From the NCBI RefSeq assembly GCF_947568905.1, contig NC_079173.1:7502001-7566000 (forward strand): DNA of 64,000 nt, in the 5' to 3' direction. The position numbers and the translations under genes are program-made. The notes below the pieces were generated by a model, which worked only from the letters and a program-made list of their open reading frames with translations, searched no databases and was not told the DNA's origin. How positions within the stretch are numbered: the first letter of the stretch is position 1; every line of letters starts with the position of its first letter. This DNA is from Ostrea edulis. Lineage: Eukaryota. This document shows positions 40,321 through 54,095 of this stretch, piece by piece.

Positions 40321-41419
40321 AAATGCACTGATTTGTTTGTCATTTTGCTCTCTGTATGTATATACTGTCAGGCAGGGTGATTTCTACCAATTTTGATAGA
40401 TAAGGTATTTGGCCTGTATGTAAAAACTAAACACAGTAAATTATGTTATCCCTATGGTCAACATACATGAGCTTCACTCAATGATGCTTTTTGCCAAGTT
40501 TAGTTGATAACGGTCAAATGGGTAGTAAATGCTAAAAGTTTACTGACAGAGATGGTCAGACAACAAGTGATCAGAAAAACTCACAATTCGAGAGAGCTAT
40601 GAAACAATAAACCAAATAAAACAACAAAGAAACTAAGCAAATGTAATTTACTTTATATATTTATAAGCACTATTAAGCTATTAAAGCAGAACAACTGTAT
40701 GTGACAGCAAATATTTTATTCAAAAATGATATATGGACAAGATAAAATCTGCAGAGGCATGATATCTGAGACTGGTGGAGCAAAACGAGTGCTGATCACA
40801 AAAAGTATTGTACTTTTGTTAATTTTATGGGAAATGGAAGGACTTATGAATTTATTAGCAACTGTGTTTATAAACATATAATTACATACAAACATATATC
40901 TTTGGCAACAAATGAAGTATCATACAAATTTATCTTGTAGAAACATAAAGATTACTCTGATTCTCTCATCATAAAATTATTTTGACTGTTAAAATAGGTC
41001 TATGCCATCTTTCACACTATTGACTTATTTAAATGCCTCAAGTTATTCTCATAAATGTATAATTCATCTTCAAATCATTTCATAAGAAAATTCATCAAAA
41101 ATATTAATAATAAATTGCTGCATTTTTCACACAATAGAGGTTGATACACCTGCAAGTCATACAACTTAATATTTGTTTTATTGGTTTCAACTTATTCAAT
41201 ATGATTAATATATTTTTGATGACATATTGTTTTTAAAACATCAGTCTTATACAATTAAGCTGAAGATAATGCTATATTTTATTCTCATGAAAAAAAAATT
41301 TAAGCTTCAACTTCCAAAAAATAATCAATCTAGGAAACAAATCTTTATTTAAAAATCTTAAAACAACATTGGACTGGAAATCATGTAATAGTTTTGGTCA
41401 TCATCATGTTATATGTAAT

Positions 41420-41550
41420 GTGAAGATAACGAACAGTGATCAATCTCATAACTCCTACAAGCAATACAAAATAGATAGTTGGGCACACACGGACCCCTGG
41501 ACACACTAGAGGTGGGATCAGGTGCCTAGGAGGAGTAAGCATCCCCTGTT
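41420..41550 (-). mobile_element. Short PLE 3' UTR fragment inside intron 1 of the transposase pseudogene
   Basis: gtgaagataacgaacagtgatcaatctc...gcatcccctgtt. Confidence 0.85.
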
Positions 41551-43619
41551 GTTTGTGTTTATGTTTCATATAAGAGTTACATGTACTTTTGCTGAAAATG
41601 GTTGGTCAAAATTAAACTCTGCAGACCTTATGTGTTTCCATGCTGTGCAATATTCACCTACTAGAAATAAATCTTTATCTATCTATCTATCAATGAAGAT
41701 TGTTAAGCCCAATAATATAAGTGTTTCTGCTAGTATCCAAGTCAAAATTCCAATAGGTCTGAAGGAAATACTTATTTTCTCCAAATTGATTTCGAGAGTT
41801 ATGAGTACACAAATTTATATACACTGATTACAGTCCCCATTAAGGTGCAGGTAGGCTATATTAAGCCAACGAATTGAACCTGAAGGATATTTTTTAATTA
41901 TCGTAATCAATCAATATAATGCAAACTTTTAAATTGGCTTTGATGAAATTTATCAAGGTAATTACAAGTAAGGTGAAGATAACGAAGTGTCATCTGCACA
42001 AAAAATATTTCTTCATTTAATCTTCAATGAGAGCAATGTTCTAGGGTGGTTTGGATTAATCTCTAATATTTAACCAAACTTAAAGACTATTGGAGAGAAA
42101 ATAAATAATATAAACAACTTTTCTCTCTCTAATTTTGGTGGCTATTCTAAGAATGTTGTATATGATATATATAGTATGCAATTTCTGAGTTGCCCACAAC
42201 ATATGTCCCTTTGTTGAACTCCTTTCTGTTTTTCTATTCATTCGGTGGGTACAAATGCCTATCACAACAAAAATTGAAAATCATGTGCATCATCTTTCTT
42301 TGATATAAAATATATCACTCGTGCAGAAGAGGAAATAAATGATAATTTCATATTTGATGGCCTAATTGAAAGAAACTATTTTTGAGATGTTCTGTTTAAT
42401 ATACATCAACTGCTGATTATTAAACAAAATTGACACTTTCCTACATTGTCTCCTTAAAACAAATATCTACATAGCAAATCTATAATGTTTGTATACATCT
42501 TGTACCCACCCCAAGCGTTCAACAGAATACTGAACGTACCTGTCATCTATCACAAAAGAGCTGATATCTCGGAAATTGCGTATTACATAGGTACATTGTA
42601 CATTTGTACCTTCATGTTACATATAGCTTATTCAAAAGAACATACAATTAAAACACACACACAAAAAACTTATAACAGTATAACGAAGAACAACATGCTT
42701 TCTATGTATCTATTTACCTCAACTTCTCCTTGCAATAATGGAACTGTGGATTCAAAAGTTTTCCCTAGTGATCTTCTGACAGTGACAGGTTTACTTTCAT
42801 TCTCGGGTGTTGACTGGGCCTCTGGTTTAGCAGCGATTTGGGGTAGATGTGCTAGACCACTCAAGTTGGATAAGTTAGTTAAGTCAGAAAATGGATTCAT
42901 AGTCACTGGCTTAATGTAAGAAATCTTAAAAAGGGGATCCACTGGTTTCTTAGCTGGCTGCGAGACAGTTGGGCTGCGAAGCATTCGTTTGGAAATAATG
43001 GACCATTTCGGTGAGGGAAGAGATATAGAAAAGTTTGTTGCACTGTAGATGTTGTCTTCTTTAAGTTCTCACGTAACTCTGTGGATTCTTTTTCCATTCC
43101 AATTACCTTTGCAGCAGAACGATAGTATTTCTGACAGACCCCACTCTCTGTATCAACTTTTACCTCAAACCCTACCACCTTTTCGATAGTTTCCTTCCGT
43201 TCCTTTGATATTTTGAACTTCCTATCTAGATATTTCATGACTGTTATCGTTCCATCAGCATTCTTTAAATGTTGAACAAACGCAAACCCGCAAATAACAC
43301 AAACATTGCCAAGTACATACGTTTTTTTTGGGTGTCGATGACAATACGTTGGCCGTGGCCATCTTTATTTGTTTACTTTCGATATTCTCGGACTTTTTCA
43401 ACAGCACTTAAATTTTTCAGCGTTCCGAAATTCGCTGCAGCTGGTATAGAGGTGAGATTTGATTGGATGAAACAAAGGTCACCGGGACGTGACCTCTAAG
43501 CGAGTTGATTCAAATCCTTGAGTAGCGACAAATCAAAATAAAGGAGCGGATCGAGGAGCTGATTTTAATCAGATTGTATGTCTACATTACAATAGGACTT
43601 GTGATGTTGTTTTAAGTGT

Positions 43620-43900
43620 AGACTCTAATAGTACTAGTGATGTTGCTTGTGTGTACTCTGCAATAGTACTAGTGACGTTATTTTTTTTGTACACTACAAC
43701 AGTACTAGTGATGTTGTGTTCGTGTGTACACTACAATATTACTAGTGGTGTTGTTTTTGTGTGTACACTACAATAGTACTAGTGGTGTTGTTTTATGTAC
43801 ACACTACACTAGTACTAGTGGTGTTGTTTTTATGTGTACACCACACTAGTACTATTAATATTGTTTTTGTTCATCCACTGCAATAGTACTAATGATGATG
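43620..43900. repeat. ~35-bp minisatellite (agtactagtg(a/g)tgttgtttttgtgtacactacaat), about 8 copies
   Basis: Recurrent AGTACTAGT and GTGTACAC motifs. Confidence 0.85.
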
Positions 43901-44086
43901 ACTTTCTGTGTACGTTGTGATAAACAAAAAGAAACCAATAGGTAAATGTACACTGTGTTTGTCTATTTACATGTACTAAACACAATTAATTGTTTTGTAT
44001 ATATTAACTAAAACGACTGAAGTAGAGTAGATCAGCAAAGTAGAATTGTGATTCTTACAGTAGTATTTTATCTTCACTATATATAG

Positions 44087-44197
44087 TAAGGTCCTACGAA
44101 GTATGCAAAAATGGCGAAACTCTCCAACGTTACGGAAAATATATGAAGTACTGGAAATGTATCTGTCCGAACGGGTGGACGGGAAAATATTGTAATG
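44087..44197 (+). CDS. EGF-like exon, intact, phase 1-1
   Basis: ag|...[36 protein letters not shown]|gtaagt, 111 bp. Confidence 0.7.
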
Positions 44198-44219
44198 GTA
44201 AGTTTACGTTTTCACGTCA

Positions 44220-45084
44220 ATGGCAAAGAATCAAGTATTCTAGTTAATGACAAAGAATCAAGTATTGTAGTTAATGACAAAGAATCAAATATTGTAGTTA
44301 ATAACAAAGAATTAAGTATTGTAGTTAATGACAAAGAATCAAGCATTGTAGTTAATGACAAAGAATTAAGTATTGTAGTTAATGACAAAGAATTAAGTAT
44401 TGTAGTTAATGATAAAGAATTGAGTATTGTAGTTAATGACAAAGAATTGAGTATTGTAGTTAATGACAAAGAATCAAGTATTGTAGTTAATGACAAAGAA
44501 TTGAGTATTGTAGTTAATGACAAAAAATAAAGTACTGTAATTAATGACAAAGAATCAGGTATTGCTGTTAATGACAAAAAATAAAGTATCATAGTTAATG
44601 ACAAAGAATTGAGTATTGTAGTTAATGACAAAGAATTAAGTATTGTGGTTAATGACAAAGAATCAAGTATTGTAGTTAATGACAAAGAATTGAGTATTGT
44701 AGTTAATGACAAAGAATTAGGTATTGTAGTTAATGACAAAGAATTGAGTGTTGTAGTTAATGACAAAGAATTAAGTATTGTAGTTAATGACAAAGAATTA
44801 AGTATTGTAGTTAATGATAAAGAATTGAGTATTGTAGTTAATGATAAAGAATTAAGTATTGTAGTTAATGACAAAGAATTAGGTATTGTAGTTAATGACA
44901 AAGAATTAAGTATTGTAGTTAATGACAAGGAATTAAGTATTGTAGTTAATGACAAAGAATCAAGTATTGTAGTTAATGACAAAGAATCAAGTATTGTAGT
45001 TAATGATAAAAAATTGAGTATTGTAGTTAATGACAAAGAATTAAGTATTGTGGTTAATGACAAAGAATTAAGTATTGTTGTTAA
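44220..45084. repeat. 27-bp minisatellite (aatgacaaagaattaagtattgtagtt), continuing at 51192-51360 after a transposon insertion
   Basis: Period of 27, visible as NDKELSIVV / SLTTILNSL pseudo-ORFs. Confidence 0.97.
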
Positions 45085-48000
45085 GTATGGTTCCACGTAA
45101 AAATCAGGCAAAATTGCATTTTCGTGATAAGTCCATGTTCACGAAATGAACCCAAACTTAGCATACTAACTCACCGTAATATGTTTGGCAAATATACAAA
45201 GTAGTTTTGATTTATTTCTCCTTGTTCCAAAATTATGGACAAATAATTATGAACATGGAGAATTCACGCTTAGTGCAAATCTATACAAAACACTACTTGT
45301 AATCTCTTTGAAATCTAAAAACAGCAAAGCAGGTATGAAAATATATCATTATATAACATTAAACAAATAAAAAAGGCATGCTCTGAAATAAATATTTTTT
45401 TTGAAAGTTTCAATATAACATTTTAAAACCTCTCTAAATGTTTCGATTTTAATGCAATTTCGGTTATCGTTCTTGAATTTAACCTCGATGATCGCTAGAG
45501 GCGCTGCGTTGTCAACACACTAAGTGCGCGGAATATGGCGGATCCAAAACTGAATGCCGTGTAGGACAATATTCCGACAGAGTGTGATCTACCCTCAAGC
45601 CTCATCTAAAGGAAACGAATATATTTACCTTCGGAGAGTGTCGGAAATACATTGATGCATATGCCGTCACTGAAGATAGAACGTGTGTGGAGCAGCCGAC
45701 AACGAAGACCGAGCAACATTTCTTATATGACATGTCACCAAGTCGGCGCATTACGGTAATTTCAAATGGTGTGATTTACATATTTAATAAGTCAAAATTC
45801 GCAATATTTATTATTACTAGCATAAAAATCATAACGAATGTTGTATTATACAATGTAGCATTGTATGAGACGACTGTGTACAGATGACACCCCCTCCCTT
45901 GTTTCAAAAGTCATACTTTCAACAATAACGCTATGATATGTTTTAGGCCTAGGCTAATCGACGGCATGTTTCATTTGTAATTGTCTGCAATAATAGCAGA
46001 CATCTACGTATCCTCCACACAAACGCCTCTTGTCTCAGATAAAAATGTAGATTATGCCTAACTGAGGATCAGTAGGAGTAGGTATCTTTCAAAAGAGTGT
46101 GGTTTTATGTACTACATGTAGATTTCAGTCGAATTTGCATATAAAAATTTAAGACATGATATGACTTTTTGAGATGCAATGTTTAGTTTATAATGTATTC
46201 CATCTCATTTCAAATCACAGATAGTTAAGTGGTAAGGTGTCTGGATTAGCATGCCGGAGGTACCGGGTTCAAATCTCAGTAATGGATTGGATTTTTTTCT
46301 TCAATTTATTTTATATACACATCGTTGTTTTTTCCTTCAATGTATTCTATATAAACACACACAAATTTTTTAAATATTATTTCATATGCACAAAATCATT
46401 TCTTTTAGTGGTCACCATTCAGCTCTTGACAAATCGGAATTCATATTTTAAAAACATATGCATACTATTTGACATATCAAAGAAAATATTTAGGGTCTGT
46501 AGTTTTTTAAAGAATTCCATTTTATTGTAAAACAATTCATAATGTTAATTATAAATCTTCATATCAATCAATAAGTTGAGTCTTCTTGACATTTTTATTA
46601 GATATCTATTATATTGCTATTTAAAGTCTGCCTCAATTTGATATGGTCATGGGGACTGGTCAATGCATGGGTTCTTGAATTTATATTTCTAATAATAATA
46701 TATAAATATAACAAAGATCAAGTCATTTAGCTAATGTATATTTCTTTAAAGTTTTCATACCAGCATCATGGAGTGTCATTACCATCACTACATGCATTGG
46801 AAACCTCTGTGGTAAATACATAACTGTAAATACATGTAGCACATATGTACCAATGAATCTACAGTGTAAATGTTTTATAAACCTCAAACTTGGTAGAGCA
46901 GTATTATATAATAATCCTGATATACAAGCACTATATGACCCCTTCTGATAATGAGGTCAAAGTCAACCAACCCCCAACCCACCATTATAGGAAAATATTG
47001 GTCACTCAGAAACCAGACTCAAAACCTGATACAGCTGTTGCCCTGACTAGTACCTGAACCTACTTGTCACTGATTTAGAATATTTGGAACACCTTCTCAA
47101 TGCCATATACAAGTTTCTTTAAGCATTTCTTGTTTTCAAAAGTTTTATATGCTGTTTTAGTATTTTATTCTTTCTAACTACATGTATAATTTAAATATCA
47201 ATGTGTACTATGACTACTAGGCTCTGAGGTGTGTACTTTATTTTTTAATTGAAAGTTTTATGATATAAAATGTTCAAACATTCTCAAAAACTAGAGAAAT
47301 ATATATTATACATGTATATTGAGGAGAGAAAAATAAGTAAATTCTTGTGTCCTGAAAATCAGTGTCTATCTTATTGTATTGTAGGTGCAAAACCCAAGGA
47401 CATACTTAAAGTGGTAACAGGAGGAAAATCAATCAAACCAAGTGAAAGTACAAGACACTATTACAAAAGGAAAGCAAAGGAGTCCATAAATTCAATGTTG
47501 AACATCAAGACAGTCTAAAATACTGTAAGTTGGTTTAATTCCACGTTGTTAAAATTTCACGATTTGTTACAAGGGTACCAATCGCGATGGTTTTATTTTC
47601 ACGCTATAGGATTATCTACTTTTTAAATTTCGCGCGCTCAGTCTCGGTGATATGTCTACTTTGTCACTGAGATGACCCGCAGTCTGCGACTAGTAGTATC
47701 AACTGCTGAGTAAAATTCACAAGAAACTTACGCTTTGTGTGGTCATTTAATGATTTTATTTTCAAGGTAGTCTTTGGAGAGTTAACATGTCTATTTTAAA
47801 CTGGGTGAAAAACGGAAAGCTTGCGATAAAACCCCCAAATTCTATGTATCAACACGTCCAAAATACAATGCCATGAAAACACATTTAAATCATCTATTTT
47901 GAGCAATTTAATAAATGAATTAAGATCAATTATCTTCTCAATTATCCTTAGGTGCTAAGTAGGCGACAATTAAAGGTGTCGGCGACAAGCGTCAAATAAC

Positions 48001-51000
48001 TGTGGTAATAGCGGCAACGATGCCTGGTATATTGCTCCCTACCCAACTTTTGTATCGGGGTCTCACCGATAAATGTCACCCCTCATACAACTTTCCTAAA
48101 GACTGGGATATATTTCACAGTGAACACCATTGGAACAATGTAGAAATAATACATACACTGTAGATATATTGAGAAGATCACCGTCCCCCATATTGAGCGC
48201 GTGCGAGACGAGTTGGATTTGCTTTTAAGGCAAATCTTTTGATGTTTATATAGCTCACGAAGAAAAAGCCTTACTTACTATGCTGGAGGAAAAGGGAATT
48301 CAAGTGGTGTTCGTCCCCACTGCGTGTACGAACAACCTGCAGCCTCTTGATATTCAGATTAACGGACGATTTAAAACGCGTTTAAATCCGAATTCCAGAC
48401 ATGTTATGCAAATGAAATAAAAACTTCTCTAGAAAAAGGTGTCGACATTGAGGATGTTGAAATCGACTTGCGGTTGTCGAAATAAAACCGACCCACGCTA
48501 AATGGCTTGTGAGAGCCATTGATATACTGGGTCAAGACAAGGAAGTAATAACAAGGGCTTTTGATAAGGCCCGTATATTATTCAATGCAACCTGCAGTGT
48601 AAAAGCAGTTAAGAGTATACAAGTACATGTATACTAAAATGTCATATTGTGTGTATGCATTCATATGTTAAATGATGTAACTATTCAATACTTTTCCCAA
48701 GCTGATCATAGTATCCCGTTCACAAAAATAAAAGTTATCTCTCCTTGTTTTTAATTATAGCCGCATTAAAATATTTTTACTTCATTATTCACTATGGGTT
48801 TAATTTCGCGAAGAAAAGATAAATTGTGAACATAGTGAAATTAAAACCATCGTGATTATTTCCGAATCTACAGTATTGAATCCAAACAAAATATCAAAAC
48901 TTTATGAAGAAATAAATGACAAATTGTCATATAAACATGAAAGCATTCTTATATATGGTGTTTATTCAAATTATTTCAACTGAAATTCCTAATGTACCTA
49001 AATTCGAAAGGGAAACAACTTATGAAAAAATTAAACACCAATGGGTTGAATTGTGTAATGAAGTTGTGTTGACATGCAAAAATACATGTATAATGTGATG
49101 CATCATAGAATAGGTCAAATGGTCTATTTTATGCAAGTTTTGGGCTCTTCACCCACCCCTTTCTGGATGGAGAAGGTAAATACACGAGTCACAACCCCTC
49201 CATTCCCACCCTTATATTTTTTTCTGGATCTGCCTCCGTTTTGTAAATATGTTCGTAACAAATATATTTCTGTGCTCATTTGTTCCTTTATCATGTTTAT
49301 GCCTTGTTTGGGGTTACACTGTTAAAAAAGTATGATTTTGAAATAAAATTTTTAAGCTTCAAAGAACTCTTCTGTGTACATTTTTCAGTATACAGTTTAT
49401 AAAGGATGTAAACTTACAAGTTGCAACTGTTAAGAAATCTTATAGATAATGGAATGTATTGATGAAATAATTAAGAATTCATTTTCAATTCACTTTACAG
49501 ACACTAATATCTACATGGATTATGTAAAACAGTTGTTTTGTCATCTGAAAGCAACCTGTAATCATACTTGGTAAAAGATAGTGCCATAGACATGATAAAT
49601 GAGTCAACTTACATTTTTTCAACTACATTATTGAATTTTAAAACAATCCCATTTCTACATTACATGTATTTTCATGAAATTATATAAAGTCAATATAAAC
49701 TGTCCAAATTTTACAATATTAATGACACAAATGTCTGCAGTTTCTGTTCTTATTTTTATTTTTTCCTGAACAAACATATATATTATACGACTGTAAAAAC
49801 GTACATTTCACTAAAAGTTTTTGTTCCATTCTTACAAAGGATTCATAAGGAAATCAAGTGCTAAAAAGTTTATTTTAAAATTTGAGCCATATCATGTTTC
49901 TAGAATTGTTAGCCAAAGTTTTAAATGTCCAGATGCTTTGTAATAAATGTTTTAAATTTCATATTACACAGAGCAAAAATGAATTCAAAATGATTTTTCA
50001 AATAAAAGATATTTTCAATGAATTATTTAGGGTAAAACACAAAAGTTGATAAATTATGTCTTAATGTTTTATCATAGGATTCCCTTGAACATTGTTCAAT
50101 GTATTTTCAGTTTTGTTTTTCTAAAGATATACGTTTTAAAAGAGCATGGACATTCATTCTCTTTATACTTGGGACTATAATGCCAATCTCTTGTCATTCG
50201 AGCAACCTACAACGTACGTCGTTGACCAGCCTCACAAGAGTTGTTGATAGGTGAATTTCAAAATGAAAAACAATTGCCAACCAAGCATTTTTTCTTTAAT
50301 CTGTTAATTACCCACACACTCACAACTATCCAGCCAAAAATACTTGCAAGTTAAACTCGCCATTCAGTGCAAAATATCCTATAAAGACCGGTCTAATAAG
50401 TTGTTTACAAAAACCTGAGGAAATCTGAAAGAAATGGGTTAATAATAAATGGACTTTCGATCCCGACCCAAAATGCTATGCATCGTTTCTTGCATTTACA
50501 TCTATAGACATATCATTATGGTATGTAAACACATAAAGAAGATCATTTTAGATATTTATAAATATGATAATTACTAGAACATGACAGAAAAGTGTACTTG
50601 TTGAACAGTTTGTAAGTAGAAGAAAACTTAAAAACATGAAAATATATTATTTTCCCGCCATTTTTCACAATCTTCATATAATTTTTTCCGAGTACAGTAA
50701 AAACTTTCAAAAAAAATATTGAGCAAAAATTATTCAATAGCATGTAATTTATCCGTCTAATTATAAAACTTTTTTGAAAGTGTTTGCTGTTTCGAGAAAA
50801 ATGGTCTTAAAGTTGGAATGTTTTTCCGTTAGAAAATCCTTTCGTTAACTACAGCAACGGTTACCATGGTAACACATAACAAATACTCACTATGACAACA
50901 GAAATTCGTAAACAGTAGCCTTCTTCTTCATTTTATATAAGCCATTTGAAAATGTATGATCTTTTCATTTAACAAAACCTTGAAGAAGATATAGCATTTT

Positions 51001-51191
51001 TATGAGTCAATTTTGGTCAAAACATGGGCATTCTATTTTTAGTAACACAGCTCTGTGAAGGTGCGTCATATGAAAAAAATATTATCACCGAATGATTTCC
51101 TATAAACAATGTTAATATATATATAAGTATCGGCTCGATCCCTGACGGTCGACTTATCACCCTCTGCACTGATTTTTACATGGAACCATAC
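45085..51191. mobile_element. 6.1-kb DNA transposon with 23-bp TIRs and TTAA target duplication (Kolobok-like by TSD; no intact transposase seen)
   Basis: TTAA|GTATGGTTCCACGTAAAAATCAG (45085-45107) and CTGATTTTTACATGGAACCATAC|TTAA (51169-51191), with one mismatch. Removing it restores a minisatellite unit. Confidence 0.85.
47523..48873 (+). mobile_element. Decayed pogo-like (DDE_1) transposon nested in the TTAA element
   Basis: ~47930-48570 reads DKRQITVVIAATMPGILLPTQLLYRG..DKCHPSYNFPKDWDIFHSEHHW...FDVYIAH...VFVPTACTNNLQPLDIQINGRFK. Ends are TA|CTGTA...TACAG|TA with a degenerate TIR. Confidence 0.8.
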
Positions 51192-51757
51192 TTAATGACA
51201 AAGAATTGAGTATTGTAGTTAATGACAAAGAATTAAGGATTGTGGTTAATGACAAAGAATTAAGTATTGTTGTTAATGACAAAGAATTGAGTAGTGTAGT
51301 TAATGACAAAGAATTAAGGATTGTGGTTAATGACAAAGAATTAAATACTGTCATTAACGATTTATTTCTAGATAATTTTGTATACGTAGCGAAGCTTTGA
51401 ATAAGTATAACTATCATAAGGAAATATGTACGCCTTTGTAGTATGATTCCGATTGTGAAAATTACCAAATAAGCCATACCCCACGTAGAATGACACTGGT
51501 AGCTCATTCTTATCCCTTCTTGTATTTGGAAGATAAATCGGAGTCGCCACATTATAATATCAAAATCTCTTAGAAAAGACATGCTTTATAAGAACTCCTT
51601 AAACTTCCAGTTGATTGTCACTGATCGTCATGCAGGTAACAGAGAAGCATTACAATGTAACATTGTCTTCTTTTGTAAAAGGTCTGAAAATTAAACAGTT
51701 ACATGCACAAAAAATGTAACCGCAAAATAGTATTAAATATATTTCATTCTACTCCAG

Positions 51758-51877
51758 TTAAAGCCTGCGACAACAGCAACGTATGCAAAAATGGCGGAAC
51801 TCTGCAACGTTATGGAAGATATAGGATGTATTAGAAATGTATCTGTCCTGACGGGTGGACGGGAAAATATTGTAATT
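51758..51877 (+). pseudogene. EGF pseudo-exon with nonsense mutation (TGG>TAG at 51832-51834)
   Basis: cag|..[38 protein letters not shown]|gtaagt, 120 bp. Confidence 0.8.
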
Positions 51878-51897
51878 GTAAGTTTATGTTTTCACGT

Positions 51898-52565
51898 TAA
51901 TGGCAAAGAATCAAGTATTGTAGTTAATGACAAAGAATTAAGTATTGTAGTTAATGACAAAGAATTGAGTATTGTAGTTAATGTCAAGGAAACAAGTATT
52001 GTAATTAATGATAAAGAATTAAGTATTGTAGTTAATGACAAAGAATTAAGTATTGTAGTTAATGACAAAGAATTAAGTACTGTAGTTAACGACAAAGAAT
52101 CAAGTATTATAGTTATTTGCAACGAATAAGTATCATAGTTAATGACAAAGAATCAAGTGTTGTAGTTAATGATAAAGAATCAAGTATTATAGCTAATGAT
52201 AAATTAGTTAATGACAAATAATTAAGTATTGTAGTTAATGACAAAGAATTGAGTATTTTAGTTTATGACAACGAATTAAGTATTGTAGTTAATGACAAAG
52301 AATTAAGTATTGTAGTTAATGACAAAGAATTATGTATTGTAGTTAATGACAAAGAATTGAGTATTGTAGTTAATGACAAAGAATTGAGTATTGTAGTTAA
52401 TGATAAAGAATTAAGTATTGTAGTTAATGACAAAGAATTAAGTATTGTAGTTAATGACAAAGAATTAAGTATTGTAGTTAATGACAAAGAATTAAGTATT
52501 GTAGTTAATGACAAAGAATTAAGTATTGTAGTTAATGACAAAGAATTAAGTATTGTAGTTAATGA
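51898..52565. repeat. 27-bp minisatellite array; further arrays at ~53345-53480 and ~54113-54280
   Basis: Same unit as 44220-45084. Confidence 0.95.
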
Positions 52566-52713
52566 CTATGCTGTTTGGAAAACAGCTAGCATAACCAAGT
52601 ACACAACATTTGACTTACTCCTTTATTGTAAGCTGTGGGTATGTGTGTGTAGGCGTGTGGTAAAGTGCTGAAACAAGTACAAATAACACATAAATATGAC
52701 ATGAAAGATAATA

Positions 52714-52715
<2 letters not shown>

Positions 52716-52754
<39 letters not shown>
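52716..52754. repeat. (TA)n microsatellite
   Basis: Direct reading. Confidence 0.97.
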
Positions 52755-52755
<1 letters not shown>

Positions 52756-53976
52756 CACAAACATAGATACCTGCAAACATATATAATCAACACAAGAAAA
52801 ATACTTGTAATGATATGACATGACAACATACCAAAAAATATGCACCCAGTCTGAAAACTGTAACCTGACAGAAATTAACGTGTCGGGTCTAAATAGGATA
52901 ATAAACCAAACTAGAAATGTAGAATTTACAATTTAACTTTAGAGTTATGTATTAAAGTTAACCAAATAATAAAGTTATACAAAAATAGAGTAAACCATGT
53001 TTTGATTTCTAAAATGGATAACACGAGAAAACATGGCGACTTACAACATTGTACAATCTAGATTATAAATGCTTGGGTGCATGAAATATAGCTTATAAAC
53101 ATGGCATAACTTAAATATCACATAGATAGAATATCCAATATATTATGTAAATACATAATAATACTTACAATTTGAGGGGACAGGGATGGAAACATGAGAA
53201 AGTCTACTGGCGTTTGTAGCATGCGATGGGGCACCGCGAGCTGTAAACATGACTTAAAAATGAAGAGTTCTGCAAAGGAGAGAGAACTCTGAATTATCAA
53301 AATGAAAATAACAAGGGCAAAGAAAGATAACTCTAGGTTCCATCACAATGACAAAGAATTAAGTATTGTAGTTAATGACAAAGAATTAAGTATTGTAGTT
53401 AATGACAAAGAATTAAGTATTGTAGTTAATGACAAAGAATCAAGTATTGTAGTTAATGACAAAGAATTAAGTATTGTAGTTAATGGAACAAAATCAGGTA
53501 TTGTATTTAATGGCAAGGGACTACTTAGTAATTTTTTGTTACTCGTTTCAGAAGTATGTATGACAAAAATTAGAATCACGATTTATTTCTAGATAATTTT
53601 GTATATGTAGCGAAGCTATGGATAAGTATAACTATCATAAGGAAATATGTACATGTGTAGTATGATTGCGATTGTGAAAATGACCAAATAAGCCATACTC
53701 CACGTAGGATGACACTGGTAGCTCATTCTTATCCCTTCTTGTATTTGGAAGATAAGTCGGAGTCGCCACATTATAATATCAAAATCTCTTAGAAAAGACA
53801 TGCTTTATAAGAACTCCTTAAACTTCCAGTTGATTGTCACTGATCGTCATGCAGGTAACAGAGAAGCATTACAATGTAACATTGTCTTCTTTTGTAAAAG
53901 GTCTGAAAATTAAACAGTTACATGCACAAAAAATGTAACCGCAAAATAGTGCTGGATATATGTCATTCTTCCCCAG

Positions 53977-54095
53977 TTAAAGCCTGCGACAACAGCAATG
54001 TATGCAAAAATGGCGGAACTCTGCAACGTTATGGAAGATATAGGATGTATTGGAAATGTATCTGTTCTGACAGGTGGACGGAAAATATTGTAATG
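53977..54095 (+). pseudogene. EGF pseudo-exon with 1-bp deletion (119 bp)
   Basis: tggacgGAAAA replaces tggacgGGAAAA. Splice sites are intact but the frame is broken. Confidence 0.8.

Larger units (their letters stand above)
37940..43362 (-). pseudogene. Intron-containing putative transposase pseudogene (DUF6589-like, Academ-like); exons 43362-42718, 39204-38736, ~38616-38429, 38234-37940; 3'-truncated
   Basis: N-terminal CVIC...GVCQK(Y)YR zinc-finger-like region, then LFISYPSG, RAPNLLRVI, QRLTKIGLCVS, YQLVGDNWDKNI, KTLSLHLFN and HLTHPYSAQAGEK. Canonical GT/AG at most junctions, with frameshifts and an internal TAA. The family assignment comes from remembered motifs, not a search. Confidence 0.65.

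Noticed and set aside
43880-43941. Possible upstream exon of the EGF gene (AG|GTAAAT donor at 43942)
   Set aside because: The phase-compatible frame has no ATG or clear acceptor and is preceded by stops.
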